From assembly GCA_039933985.1 (NCBI GenBank), contig JBDTNA010000001.1, forward strand, positions 1 to 49,564: a DNA stretch of 49,564 nt. The letters run 5' to 3'. The position numbers and the translations under genes are program-made. The number at the start of each line of letters is the position of its first letter. Position 1 is the stretch's first letter. This DNA is from Gemmatimonadales bacterium (GTDB lineage Bacteria; Gemmatimonadota; Gemmatimonadetes; Gemmatimonadales; Gemmatimonadaceae). This document shows positions 28,085 through 37,692 of this stretch, in pieces. Under the pieces are notes generated by a model. That model worked only from the letters and a program-made list of their open reading frames with translations. It was not told the DNA's origin and searched no databases.

Positions 28085-29014
28085 ATGACTTTGTGTCGCG
28101 CACGAGCATTCGCTCTGGTTATGTCGTGGACCGTTATCACAGCATGTAACGACGACAAGAAAACGTCGGCCGTTGATTCATCAGCTGCGCTCCACACGCC
28201 GACAATACAACCGGCGACACCAGCGACCAACACTGGCTGGGACACAACGGAGGCCGGACCAGTAATGCTTCTGGCCGGCCCAGAGAATCCCGCAAGCGCT
28301 GCGGTCGTGCTTCCCTGGCTATCTGACAGCGCTCTCGCATCTGCCCCGGGCTTCATGCTTGATTCGCTTTCGAGCATGCCTGTCGATCTCTTTGATCCTG
28401 CAGGTCTCGCCGGGTCGTCCTCACTCCTGGTCAACTCGCAGAAGCTCAATACCGAAGGCTGTGTCTCGTGGCCTACAGGCTCACTGTCTTCGCCTCCTCG
28501 CGAATGGCGCTTCGGTTTGCGCAAAGGAATTGCGTCAGCAATTCCTCTCGACTCGCTCGAAGGAATGAGCCCGACGGATTCATCTCAGGTAACAGTCGAG
28601 ATCGCGAGAATTGCTTCGGCGGTTGCAGAAGGAAGTGATCCGGTATTCAGGGGACTGCCATTCGCGGTGCGTCACGCATACAGGTTTGCACTTGGAAACA
28701 ACTCAGTACTGACCGCTGATGTTGTGCGGAAGATCAACGAAGAAGCCAATCCTCGTGAAGAACACCTTCTGCTCATTGCTGAGCGTGCACCCGGTGCCGA
28801 TGAAAAATATTCAGCTGTGTTTCAAAGCCGCGTTGCAGGATCTGAAGAAGCCGTGCGCACCAACGAGATTCTCGGCGCCGTCAAATTCATACGTGGACGT
28901 GCCGCAATCGTGGTGACGTTCGAGTATGAAGATGGCGGGAAGGTGGCCCTGCTCGAGAGAACGGGAGACAAGCAATGGCGAATTACATGGAAAAGCGCCT
29001 ACACGGGATGCTGA
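28085..29014 (+). CDS. Hypothetical lipoprotein
   Basis: Lipobox ITAC after a hydrophobic stretch; 309-aa ORF filling the gap. Confidence 0.7.
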   Translation: MTLCRARAFALVMSWTVITACNDDKKTSAVDSSAALHTPTIQPATPATNTGWDTTEAGPVMLLAGPENPASAAVVLPWLSDSALASAPGFMLDSLSSMPVDLFDPAGLAGSSSLLVNSQKLNTEGCVSWPTGSLSSPPREWRFGLRKGIASAIPLDSLEGMSPTDSSQVTVEIARIASAVAEGSDPVFRGLPFAVRHAYRFALGNNSVLTADVVRKINEEANPREEHLLLIAERAPGADEKYSAVFQSRVAGSEEAVRTNEILGAVKFIRGRAAIVVTFEYEDGGKVALLERTGDKQWRITWKSAYTGC

Positions 29015-29021
29015 CTTCGGA

Positions 29022-29936
29022 TCAGGTCTGATCCTGCCAGCGGCCGAGGCTCGCGGGTGCTGTCGCTTTGCCGGCTATTCCAGCGAGTCCCAGCAGCGTA
29101 AGAACATAAGGGAGCGCCAGGAAAAGCTGGTAGGGCAGTGACCAGCCCATTGCCTGAAAAAGATATTGGAGAGCACTCGCTGCTCCGAAGACCAGTGCGG
29201 CAGCCGCGACTCCGAAAGGATGCCACCGGCCCAGTACCACAATAGCAATCGCAATAAATCCCCGGCCCGCAGACATTCCTTCCGCAAACGAGCCGGCTTG
29301 CGCGATCACGAGTGTGCCGCCGGCAATTCCACCAAACATGCCGCCAAGCAGCACCGCGAGTGCCTGAACCCTGTTTGCGGGAATGCCTGCAGCGACTGCA
29401 GCTCGGGGATCTTCGCCAATGGCCCGGAGTCCCAATCCGGAATAGGTGCGATAGAGCCAGAACCAGACGACTGGGATCAGGGCATATAGCAAGTATGTAA
29501 TCGGCGGCTGTGCGAACAACGCTCTACCGATGAGCGGAATCGAGACAAGTCCGGGTATCTCAACGACGCCCATGGTGGGAATGCTCAACGCTGCACCGGT
29601 CGCTCCATAGAGCTGACGGTAAAGCGTTGCAGTCAGTCCGAGGCTCATCAAGCTGATTGCGGTGCCGGCAATTATCTGATCGGTTCGAAGACGAATTGCA
29701 AAGAAAGCAAAGATTGCCGCGATGAACATTCCGGCAGCCGCCGCGCCCGCGAAGCCGATCCACACATGTCCGGTACCGGCCGCTACAAATCCACCAAACG
29801 CGCCGGCGATAATTGCTCCTTCGAGACCAATGTTGATGATTCCGGATCGCTCGGTGATTGTCTCGCCAAGCGCGGCAAAACTCAACGGAGTTGCGGTCCT
29901 CACCGTTCCCTCGAGGAATGTCTCGAACGGAATCAT
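29022..29936 (-). CDS. Nucleoside/sugar ABC transporter permease (NupC-like)
   Basis: ERSGIINIGLEG, GLRAIGEDP, GRGFIAIA, LPYVLTL. Confidence 0.92.
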   Translation of the reverse strand: MIPFETFLEGTVRTATPLSFAALGETITERSGIINIGLEGAIIAGAFGGFVAAGTGHVWIGFAGAAAAGMFIAAIFAFFAIRLRTDQIIAGTAISLMSLGLTATLYRQLYGATGAALSIPTMGVVEIPGLVSIPLIGRALFAQPPITYLLYALIPVVWFWLYRTYSGLGLRAIGEDPRAAVAAGIPANRVQALAVLLGGMFGGIAGGTLVIAQAGSFAEGMSAGRGFIAIAIVVLGRWHPFGVAAAALVFGAASALQYLFQAMGWSLPYQLFLALPYVLTLLGLAGIAGKATAPASLGRWQDQT

Positions 29937-30847
29937 CGTGTGGCCGGTCGCGTCAAACCAGGAATGCCGCGTCCACGCAGACTCGATATTGCAAGCGCTG
30001 CGAGAACGAACACTGCCTCGACCACAGATGCGGCGGACGACGGAATGGCGAAATCACGCTGCAGTGCGAGTGCTCCCGTCTCGAGGAACGCGAAGAAGAT
30101 TCCCGATGCTATCACACCAATCGGATTGAGTCCGGCGATGAGTGCAACGGCGATCGCGGTATAGCCGTAACCCGGTGAAAGATTTTCGTAGAGAGCGTAT
30201 GTCACACCGCTGACTTCGATTCCTCCTGCCAGTCCAGCCAGCGCACCACTGACAAGGAAGACGATGTACGATGTTCTTTTCACGTCGACCTTCCCTGCGA
30301 TCCAGGCGGCTTTAGGGGCAGCACCGATTGCCCGAACGCGGAATCCAATCGCCGTCGTCTTGAAAAGCCATCCGAAGAAACAGGCGAGGACGATTGCGAT
30401 GATAAAACCGAAATGAAAACGCGTGTTCGGAAGGATGATTGGAAGCCGCGCGGAGTCCGCAATCGATTGAGTCTGCGGATAGATACGGGTTGGTTCCTGG
30501 AGTGGTCCGCGGACGAGAAACGAAACGAGATGCAGTGCAATGAAGTTGAGCATGATTGTGCTGATTATCTCGAGTACACCGAACCGTTTCCGTAACTCGG
30601 CTGCAACCGCTGCCCACGCTGCGCCTGCGAGTGCTGCGCTCAAGAGGGCGACGATCAGCACAGACCTTCCCAGGGCAGGCCCGGCCCAAAGCGAGACTGC
30701 GGCTCCAGCTGTTGCCCCGACGAGCAGCTGCCCTTCTGCTCCGATGTTGAATACACCACCACGAAACGCAAACGCGACAGCAAGACCCGCGATGATCAAT
30801 GGTGTCGCTCTTACGAGCGCATCGGCTAGGAGGGAAAGATCAGGCAA
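29933..30847 (-). CDS. Nucleoside/sugar ABC transporter permease (NupB-like)
   Basis: ATPLIIAGLAVAFAFRGGVFNIGAEGQ, EIISTIMLN, GYGYTAIAVAL; TTG start at 30847 inferred. Confidence 0.88.
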   Translation of the reverse strand: MPDLSLLADALVRATPLIIAGLAVAFAFRGGVFNIGAEGQLLVGATAGAAVSLWAGPALGRSVLIVALLSAALAGAAWAAVAAELRKRFGVLEIISTIMLNFIALHLVSFLVRGPLQEPTRIYPQTQSIADSARLPIILPNTRFHFGFIIAIVLACFFGWLFKTTAIGFRVRAIGAAPKAAWIAGKVDVKRTSYIVFLVSGALAGLAGGIEVSGVTYALYENLSPGYGYTAIAVALIAGLNPIGVIASGIFFAFLETGALALQRDFAIPSSAASVVEAVFVLAALAISSLRGRGIPGLTRPATR

Positions 30848-32294
30848 CCGGGTGCTCCGCCGTTTCGATTCCAAGAAGCAGACGACCGATTTCACTTTTG
30901 TCGGGTGGTGAATCGGAAATGCGTCCACCGCCTACCACAACGACCCTGTCAGCGAGATCGACAAGCTCATCGAGATCAGTCGAGTAGAAAACAATTGCGG
31001 TGCCGCTGTCCCTCGCAGCTTTCATTCGTTGGTGAACAACAGAGGCTGCGTTGACGTCGAGTCCCTGTGTTGGATTCTCGAGAACCAGCAGCTCCGGCTT
31101 ATCACTGAGCTCACGCCCAAGTACGAATCGCTGCTGATTACCTCCGGAGAGACTACGCGCCGTTGCATCAGGGCCGGATGCGCGAACATCGAATTCGCGG
31201 ATTACTGTGCTGGTATTGTCGCGAAGCTGCTTCCAGTCGATGATACCGCGTCTCTCTCCGGCGTTTTTGAGTGCAAGATTCTCCGTGAGCGACAGGTCGG
31301 GAATGAGCGCTTCTTCCTGGCGGTTTTCCGGAACAAAGCCAACACGCAAGCCGGTTTTGCCGGAACCGGGTTTACCGGAACCGGTTTGCGCTCTGCCGGC
31401 GAACGAGCGCAGGAGCGGCCCGGCGGCTCCTTCAAGTGCAGCAACTCCCAGGATCTCTCCGGCAAACACCTCAACAAAGGGTGGCCCCACTCGCGCAACC
31501 AGTCTTGAACGGATGGCTGTTCCCCGCGTTATCCCCTGCTCTTGTGGTGCGCTGCCAAGCATCGCAGCCGTCAGGGAGTCTTTGCTGGCCGCATCCATCG
31601 GCGCATTGAGAACCAGCTTGCCATGGCGCAGGACGCTTACTTCGTCAGCGTGATCCAGGGCGTTTTGAAGCTTGTGCGTAATGAGAACTACGCTGCCACC
31701 TGCCGAAGCAAATACCCGGAGCTGCTCGAATAATTCTCCAATATCCTTCTCAGCAAGAACTGCGGTTGGCTCGTCGAGAATGAGAATTCGTGCATCGTGC
31801 GCAAGCGTGCGAACGATCTCCACCTTTTGTCGCTCGGCGCTCGTGAGATTTGCGACCCTTGCTCGAGAATCGATTGTGAGGCCGGTGGTGCTGGCGATCT
31901 CGCTGATGCGAGCTGCAACATCGTTGACGTTGTAGAGGCCTTTGCCGCCCAGGGCGACATTCTCCGCTACAGTCATTGCGGGAATCAGTGAGAACTGCTG
32001 ATGCACCATTCCAATGCGTGCTGCGATAGCGTCTGCGGGCGAGCGTAGCTCGAGGAGACCACCGTCGCGCAAGATCTGGCCTGAGTCAGCCTTCACCATG
32101 CCGAATGCGATGCGCATGAGCGTGGTCTTCCCGGCACCGTTTTCACCGAGCAAGGCGTGTATGCTGCCCGGCTTTATGGAGAGGGAGACGTCGTCCAGTG
32201 CCGTGACAGCGCCGAAGTTCTTTGTAATTCCGCGCAGCTCGAGCGCATTGGCCGGTGAATCAGATACCGGCTGGCCGATGGAAGCCTGAGTCAA
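30840..32294 (-). CDS. CUT2-type two-domain ABC ATPase (NupA-like)
   Basis: GENGAGKTT, LDEPT, LSGGNQQ, ENPTQGLD; TTG start at 32294 overlaps the Nif3 stop. Confidence 0.9.
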   Translation of the reverse strand: MTQASIGQPVSDSPANALELRGITKNFGAVTALDDVSLSIKPGSIHALLGENGAGKTTLMRIAFGMVKADSGQILRDGGLLELRSPADAIAARIGMVHQQFSLIPAMTVAENVALGGKGLYNVNDVAARISEIASTTGLTIDSRARVANLTSAERQKVEIVRTLAHDARILILDEPTAVLAEKDIGELFEQLRVFASAGGSVVLITHKLQNALDHADEVSVLRHGKLVLNAPMDAASKDSLTAAMLGSAPQEQGITRGTAIRSRLVARVGPPFVEVFAGEILGVAALEGAAGPLLRSFAGRAQTGSGKPGSGKTGLRVGFVPENRQEEALIPDLSLTENLALKNAGERRGIIDWKQLRDNTSTVIREFDVRASGPDATARSLSGGNQQRFVLGRELSDKPELLVLENPTQGLDVNAASVVHQRMKAARDSGTAIVFYSTDLDELVDLADRVVVVGGGRISDSPPDKSEIGRLLLGIETAEHPVA

Positions 32295-33064
32295 AGACCA
32301 GTTGGCGCTTGGACCATCGTCCATTCAAGATCGTACTTCTCTGCAACATGCTCGGCGAGAGCAGCCACTCCCAACGTTTCCGTTGCATAGTGGCCGGCAT
32401 AAATGATCACGATTTCGAGCTCCTCGGCTTCGACTGCAGTCCAGTGAGGACCCTCGCCGACGATGAGCGTGTCGATGCCGGCTTCAGTCGCTTCCTGAAG
32501 AGTTTCGGAGGACGCGCCGGCGCCTGTGCAGATTGCCCACCGCGTCGTCTGGCGGTTTTGCGAAAACGGAGTTGCGATTGCGTTGCCCCCTTGAGCACGT
32601 GCAAACTGTCCAGCCTTCTTGACGATATCGGCCGTCGCTACGCTCGTTTCTCCCGTTACGCCAATCGCGATTCCCTTGTAGCGAGCGAACTCACCCGACG
32701 GTGTGAGGCCGAGCTCATGGGATAGTAACACATTGTTACCAAATGTCGCATGTCGGTCAAGCGGCAAATGCGACGCATAAACCGCGACGTCGTTGTCGAG
32801 AAGCATTCGAAGCCGATCGTACGCGCTGCCGGTAATGGGCCTGGATCCGTTCCAGAACATTCCATGATGAACGATCAGAAGATTCGCCTTTTCATCGACC
32901 GCACGTGACACACTTCTGCTCGAGAAATCCACGCTTGCAGCAACCTTTCGAACATCGCCCTTGTTAGCGAGCTGGAGACCGTTCACCGCTCCCGGATAAT
33001 CGGGAATAGCTGAGATCTCGAGCAAGGTGTCGAGATAACCGACGATCTTCGAAGTTGCTGTCAC
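32291..33064 (-). CDS. Nif3/YbgI-like dinuclear metal-centre protein (DUF34)
   Basis: NGLQ, VHHG, SHLPLD.H...GNN, AGHYATE. Confidence 0.93.
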   Translation of the reverse strand: MTATSKIVGYLDTLLEISAIPDYPGAVNGLQLANKGDVRKVAASVDFSSRSVSRAVDEKANLLIVHHGMFWNGSRPITGSAYDRLRMLLDNDVAVYASHLPLDRHATFGNNVLLSHELGLTPSGEFARYKGIAIGVTGETSVATADIVKKAGQFARAQGGNAIATPFSQNRQTTRWAICTGAGASSETLQEATEAGIDTLIVGEGPHWTAVEAEELEIVIIYAGHYATETLGVAALAEHVAEKYDLEWTMVQAPTGL

Positions 33065-34089
33065 CTGGTGGCTTTCTCCTGCATTGAATCAGGAAGAATA
33101 TTCTGGGTGAAGGATCCGGCCTTCATACGTGCGCCGATCGAATCGACTGCGGCGGTAACCGTGGGCGGAACAAGCGCCAGCGTTTTCGGATTCGCAACGT
33201 ACTTCACAACATCGTCATGCAAGCCGAGGGAGAAGACGCGTCCGTTGAAATTTCCCTTTCGTACTTCGCGAGCAATCAGGAGAAATGCGTGTGGCAGATC
33301 GATGACGACGCTACCGAGTGTTTGATCGGGAGCGATGTCATTCTGGTTTGCGTTCGAGCCGATGATCCACACGTTCTTCGCTTCCTTGACCGCCTGAAAA
33401 ATTCCGAGCCCGGCCGCATCGGCGTTCTGGAAGATCACGTCCGCTTTGCGTGACATCTGTGCGATTGCCTGTTCCTTCCCGGCGCTTGCATCGTCCCAGT
33501 TACCGATGTAAGACACAATGACTTTGACACGAGGGTTAACCGAGCGAGCTCCCTGCTCGAAAGCGGCGAAGCTTCTCTTCACGGGTGGCAGCTCGGTTCC
33601 TCCAATAACACCGAGCACATTCGATTTGGTCATACGGCCCGCAACAATTCCGGCGAGATAGGACGCTTCCTCGAAAGCGAAGTCTGCTCCGGCGACATTC
33701 CTTGCGATGCTCGTTCCTGATGTCGTCACGTATACAGTATTCGGATAGCTTGGCGCGACGCGCATCGCAGCATCCTGAAACTCGAACCCGTGTCCGAAGA
33801 CCAGGTTGAATTTCTTTGCGCCGTATTGGCGAAAGTTTTCTTCGAACTCTGCCGGTGTCTTTGTTTGAATGTGGCTGACTTCGGCATTGAGGCTGTCCCG
33901 AATTGCCAGTAGTCCGGCGTAGGCGCCTCCGTTCCATGATTTATCGGAGATCGGCCCCGGTGTCAGGAGTGCGACCTTGAATGTGGAGTTGCCGCCTTTG
34001 TGATCGGCGGCCGGAGAGCCCGAACATGCCCCCAACGTGAATGCGAACGCTACGGCAAGAGCTGTGGAAAAAAGCTGGCGATTGAGCAT
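33061..34089 (-). CDS. BMP-family substrate-binding lipoprotein
   Basis: Lipobox LGAC; DKSWN, GHGFEF, EASYLAG, ADVIFQ. Confidence 0.92.
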   Translation of the reverse strand: MLNRQLFSTALAVAFAFTLGACSGSPAADHKGGNSTFKVALLTPGPISDKSWNGGAYAGLLAIRDSLNAEVSHIQTKTPAEFEENFRQYGAKKFNLVFGHGFEFQDAAMRVAPSYPNTVYVTTSGTSIARNVAGADFAFEEASYLAGIVAGRMTKSNVLGVIGGTELPPVKRSFAAFEQGARSVNPRVKVIVSYIGNWDDASAGKEQAIAQMSRKADVIFQNADAAGLGIFQAVKEAKNVWIIGSNANQNDIAPDQTLGSVVIDLPHAFLLIAREVRKGNFNGRVFSLGLHDDVVKYVANPKTLALVPPTVTAAVDSIGARMKAGSFTQNILPDSMQEKATR

Positions 34090-34165
34090 TGATACCAGTG
34101 TAAGTAATTGATGGATAAAGAGTTAGCTGAATGTGGAGATCACTGTGGATTGTCGATTATCCCCA
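33982..34165. promoter_or_regulatory. Cluster of DnaA-box-like sites with an IHF-like site
   Basis: TGTGGAAAA 34063 (perfect), TGTGGAGAT 34132, TGTGGATTG 34144, TTATCCCCA 34157, TGTGGAGTT 33982; minus-strand CATCAATTACTTA at 34101-34113. Confidence 0.5.
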
Positions 34166-35042
34166 TCAGCTCCATCACTCTCTCGAGGTCGTCCGCGCTG
34201 TAGAAATCGACGACTACAGAGCCCCGAGTCCCTGATCGCAGGCTTATCGTGACGTCGGTCTGAAGATGCTTGCGGAGTCTCTGCTCAAGGCTTCGGATCT
34301 CGGCGGGACGCTCGTCAACTTTCCGCGGCCGGCCTTTTTTTGGAGTCGTCCTGCTTTGCGAGGTTTCGCGAACGCGTTTTTCGATTTCGCGGGCACTCCA
34401 TCCCTTCTCAACGACTTGCCTTGCGAATGTGGCAATCCGCGCCGGGTCATCGAGACCGAGCAACGGTCTGGCCTGGCCTGCTGATAGCTGTCCGTCTTGA
34501 ATAAGCGTGCGAACCGAATCCGGCAGGTGAAGAATTCGAAGCACGTTTGCTACGGTCGACCGGTCCTTGCCCACCAGGTCAGCTACAGTCTGCTGAGTAT
34601 ACCCGAAATCTCGAATGAGCTGATCGTACCCCTCGGCCTCTTCGATCGGATTGAGGTCCGAACGCTGCAGGTTTTCAACCAGGGCAAGCGTCAGGACCTC
34701 CTTATCGGAGAGGTCTTTGACGACGGCTGGAATTTCGCTCCATCCAAGATTTGTGGCTGCGCGGAGCCGGCGCTCTCCGGCGATGAGCTCGAAGCCTTTG
34801 CCATTGGGTGCCGGCCGAACTGTGACCGGTTGCAGGAGACCGTTGCCCTGAAGGCTCTCTTGAAGCTCGTGAAGCTCAGCGGGTTTGAAGTTCTTTCGCG
34901 GCTGAAAAGGATTTCTCGCGATCTGTGTGATTGGAATTTCGCGAAGCGCGCCTTCTTCCTTCGCGACATGGGCCTGTGCAGGTGCGTTGAAAAGTGCGTC
35001 GAGCCCGCGTCCCAGTCTGCGCTGTGATTTTTCAGGAGCCAT
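34140..35042 (-). CDS. parB: Chromosome partitioning protein ParB
   Basis: LGRGLDAL, NPFQPR, LIAGERRLRA, ENLQRSDLNPIEEA, HTH GKDRSTVAN. Confidence 0.96.
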   Translation of the reverse strand: MAPEKSQRRLGRGLDALFNAPAQAHVAKEEGALREIPITQIARNPFQPRKNFKPAELHELQESLQGNGLLQPVTVRPAPNGKGFELIAGERRLRAATNLGWSEIPAVVKDLSDKEVLTLALVENLQRSDLNPIEEAEGYDQLIRDFGYTQQTVADLVGKDRSTVANVLRILHLPDSVRTLIQDGQLSAGQARPLLGLDDPARIATFARQVVEKGWSAREIEKRVRETSQSRTTPKKGRPRKVDERPAEIRSLEQRLRKHLQTDVTISLRSGTRGSVVVDFYSADDLERVMELMGIIDNPQ

Positions 35043-35832
35043 TGGAATTTTCTGGTGCGGGTGTACGAGTCATCAGCTCGCGGGCGACACTCATGTACGC
35101 TTTCGCTCCGACGGAGCCAATGTCATACAGTATGATTGGCTTTCCGAAGCTCGGCGCTTCTGCGAGCCGAACATTTCTCGGGATGACAGTCTCGAAGACC
35201 ATGTCGCCGAAATATTCGCGGGCGTCGGCTGCGACTTGTCGAGAGAGATTGAGCCGCGCGTCGTACATGGTGAGAAGAACACCGGCGATGCCGAGCTCTT
35301 CATTCACTCCGTGCTGAATGCGATGCACCGTATTCAGCAGTTGCGACAGGCCTTCCAGGGCGTAGTACTCACACTGAAGAGGAATGAGAACGGCGTCAGC
35401 TGCGCCAAGCATGTTCAGTGTGATTAGTCCGAGCGATGGCGGACAATCGATTAGAACGTAGTCATAATTGTCGCGCACTTGCGCGAGAGCATCACGCATA
35501 GCGTGGCCGCGATCCTCGCGATCGATGAGCTCGACTTCCGCGCCGGCAAGATCCGGAGTTGCGGGAACGACGTCGAGAAGATCGAAGTGAACTTTCTGAT
35601 GAATAGAGTCGGCTATCGAAGCTGCGCCGATTAATACGTCGTATAGCGTTATCGCCAAGTCGCTGCCGGCGATTCCAACTCCGCTGGTTGCGTTGCCCTG
35701 GGGGTCCCCATCGACCAGCAGCGTTCGTTGTTCGGCTGCGGCCAGACTGGCTGCGAGGTTGACCGTGGTGGTGGTTTTTCCAACTCCACCTTTCTGATTT
35801 GCAACAGCGATGACTCTGCCCACGGGCACCAT
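35032..35832 (-). CDS. parA: Chromosome partitioning ATPase ParA/Soj
   Basis: NQKGGVGKTTT, DPQGN, IDCPPSLG, QCEYYALEG, IPRNVRLAEAPSFG; start ATG 35832 or GTG 35823. Confidence 0.96.
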   Translation of the reverse strand: MVPVGRVIAVANQKGGVGKTTTTVNLAASLAAAEQRTLLVDGDPQGNATSGVGIAGSDLAITLYDVLIGAASIADSIHQKVHFDLLDVVPATPDLAGAEVELIDREDRGHAMRDALAQVRDNYDYVLIDCPPSLGLITLNMLGAADAVLIPLQCEYYALEGLSQLLNTVHRIQHGVNEELGIAGVLLTMYDARLNLSRQVAADAREYFGDMVFETVIPRNVRLAEAPSFGKPIILYDIGSVGAKAYMSVARELMTRTPAPENSNGS

Positions 35833-35896
35833 GGATGAGAAGGTGCCGGAATGTACGGAAGCGGACCCCCCTGTGGCAGGGGAGCCCGCCTCTGGA

Positions 35897-35912
35897 TGTG
35901 CCACGTGAAAAT
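35897..35912. promoter_or_regulatory. parS-like site (degenerate)
   Basis: TGTGCCACGTGAAAAT versus consensus TGTTTCACGTGAAACA. Confidence 0.55.
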
Positions 35913-35935
35913 GCCCTTTCTAGACGCTTAGCATG

Positions 35936-35951
35936 TGTTTCACGTGAAAAA
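35936..35951. promoter_or_regulatory. parS site
   Basis: TGTTTCACGTGAAAAA, one mismatch to the consensus, directly upstream of parA. Confidence 0.85.
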
Positions 35952-35956
35952 GCGAC

Positions 35957-36673
35957 TTACCGTGCGTTGGGAACGAACCGCCACCGTGTGCTGATGTCTA
36001 CGGCCAGCACCTGATCGCCGGCTTCGATTGGAGTGTCTGCCTGAGCTGACATTTCGACCTTTGCTCTCATCACCATGGGGCGCGGTGGAGGTGCCGAATA
36101 CGACCCGATGCTGATCTCGAGCAAACCTGAGATCGATCCACCCGCGGCACGTGCCGCCGCCTCGGCGTCCGACTTGGCCTTTTTCACGGCGATCGCAATC
36201 GCCTCCTGGCGAGCTGATTCGGTATTCGAGGCGTAAAACTGGAGCGATGTGATCATGTTCGCCCCTTTTGCCAAAGCAACATCAATCGCCCTGCCCACCA
36301 GCGAAATCGACTTGAGCTCAACGGAAAGCGTGTTGGTCACATTGTATCCAATCACCACCGGTTCCTTGTTCGGCTCGTAGCGCTGCTCCGGATAGACCGT
36401 GTAGCCGCTCGTGCCGATGTCGTTCGCAGCGATACCCAGGGCTCGCAAGGCGTCGATGACGGCTTTCTGCTTTCGCGCGTTCTCGTCAGCTGCCGCCGCA
36501 GCAGTAGCCGCACGCGTCTGAACGCTGATCTGGATCGTTGCGCGATCCGGGACAACCTTGACTTCACCCCGTGCGCCGACCGCAATCTGCGGAGTTAGTG
36601 CATTAATGTCTCCTTGCTGTGCTAATACTGGCGTAGAAATCGATGCGAAGACTGCAAATAGAAGTTTCTTCAT
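35957..36673 (-). CDS. SIMPL (DUF541/YggE-like) periplasmic protein
   Basis: Signal peptide MKKLLFAV; V.A.GEVKVVPDRATI, GYNVTNTL, GAN.I, TPIEAG. Confidence 0.9.
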   Translation of the reverse strand: MKKLLFAVFASISTPVLAQQGDINALTPQIAVGARGEVKVVPDRATIQISVQTRAATAAAAADENARKQKAVIDALRALGIAANDIGTSGYTVYPEQRYEPNKEPVVIGYNVTNTLSVELKSISLVGRAIDVALAKGANMITSLQFYASNTESARQEAIAIAVKKAKSDAEAAARAAGGSISGLLEISIGSYSAPPPRPMVMRAKVEMSAQADTPIEAGDQVLAVDISTRWRFVPNAR

Positions 36674-36789
36674 TGTATACCTGTTCGTTCGAGTTTGAAC
36701 TGCCTGCCAGTAAGACGTTGGCCGTATGAAAAGTTGCACATCCGAGCGAAGCGTGACTAGAGCAGGAACCGTGCGGCGTAGATTCATGC

Positions 36790-37692
36790 ATGACGACGAC
36801 CAGTCGCTCGAGCACACGAGCAATTCTCCTCATTCTGATTTCATCGTGCTGCTTCGGCTCTCTCTCGACGCTTACGCTCTTCACGACCCGGTCAGGACTT
36901 CTGCTCGTGCCCGCGATGTTCTGGCGGTACAGCCTCGCAGTGCTGATCCTGACGCTAACGTTGCGTGGCAGGCTCGCCGGGTACTTCAGTTCTTCGCAAG
37001 CGTGGAAGTTGGTCGCAGTCGGCGGAATTGGTCAGGCCACGGTTACATATCTCTCGCTTCGCGCACTCGACTATCTCCCTGTCGGTCCGCTTGCATTTCT
37101 CTTCTACACTTATCCGGCATGGGTTGCGGTGATATCTGCGATCACCGGACGCGAGCGTCTCACGATTTCGAGATTGATCGCTCTCGCCATCGCGATGACA
37201 GGAATCGCAGTAATGGTGGGAACTCCATTCGCTGGATCCCTGAATGTCATCGGCGTAAGCATGGCGCTTGGTGCAGCACTGCTCTACGCGCTCTACCTGC
37301 CGGCACTCCATAGTGCACAACAGGGAATGCCAGCCGGTGTGTCGACATTCTTTCTGATGTTCGGTGTGCTGCTAGCGTTTCTACTTGCAAGCGTGTTCAC
37401 GCATCAGCTGCAGATACCGCGATCTCCGACAACGTGGAAGTTCGTGCTACTGTTGTCGATCATCGGCACTGTCATCGCATTCGGCACGTTGATCGCCGGC
37501 CTTCGTGTTCTCGGCCCGGTTAGAACTTCAATCGTCTCAACGGTCGAACCGTTCTTCACAGCAATGCTCGGTGTCGCACTCCTCGATGAAACGCTGACCG
37601 CTGGAACGATTGCCGGCGGTGTGATGATCGCAGCTGCTGTAATTATTCTCGAGTGGACGGGGAGAGATCGAACGGCGCCGGTCGCAGTGTAG
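36790..37692 (+). CDS. DMT/EamA family transporter
   Basis: About 10 TM segments in two EamA repeats; LFYTYP, GPVRTSIVSTVEP. Confidence 0.9.
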   Translation: MTTTSRSSTRAILLILISSCCFGSLSTLTLFTTRSGLLLVPAMFWRYSLAVLILTLTLRGRLAGYFSSSQAWKLVAVGGIGQATVTYLSLRALDYLPVGPLAFLFYTYPAWVAVISAITGRERLTISRLIALAIAMTGIAVMVGTPFAGSLNVIGVSMALGAALLYALYLPALHSAQQGMPAGVSTFFLMFGVLLAFLLASVFTHQLQIPRSPTTWKFVLLLSIIGTVIAFGTLIAGLRVLGPVRTSIVSTVEPFFTAMLGVALLDETLTAGTIAGGVMIAAAVIILEWTGRDRTAPVAV

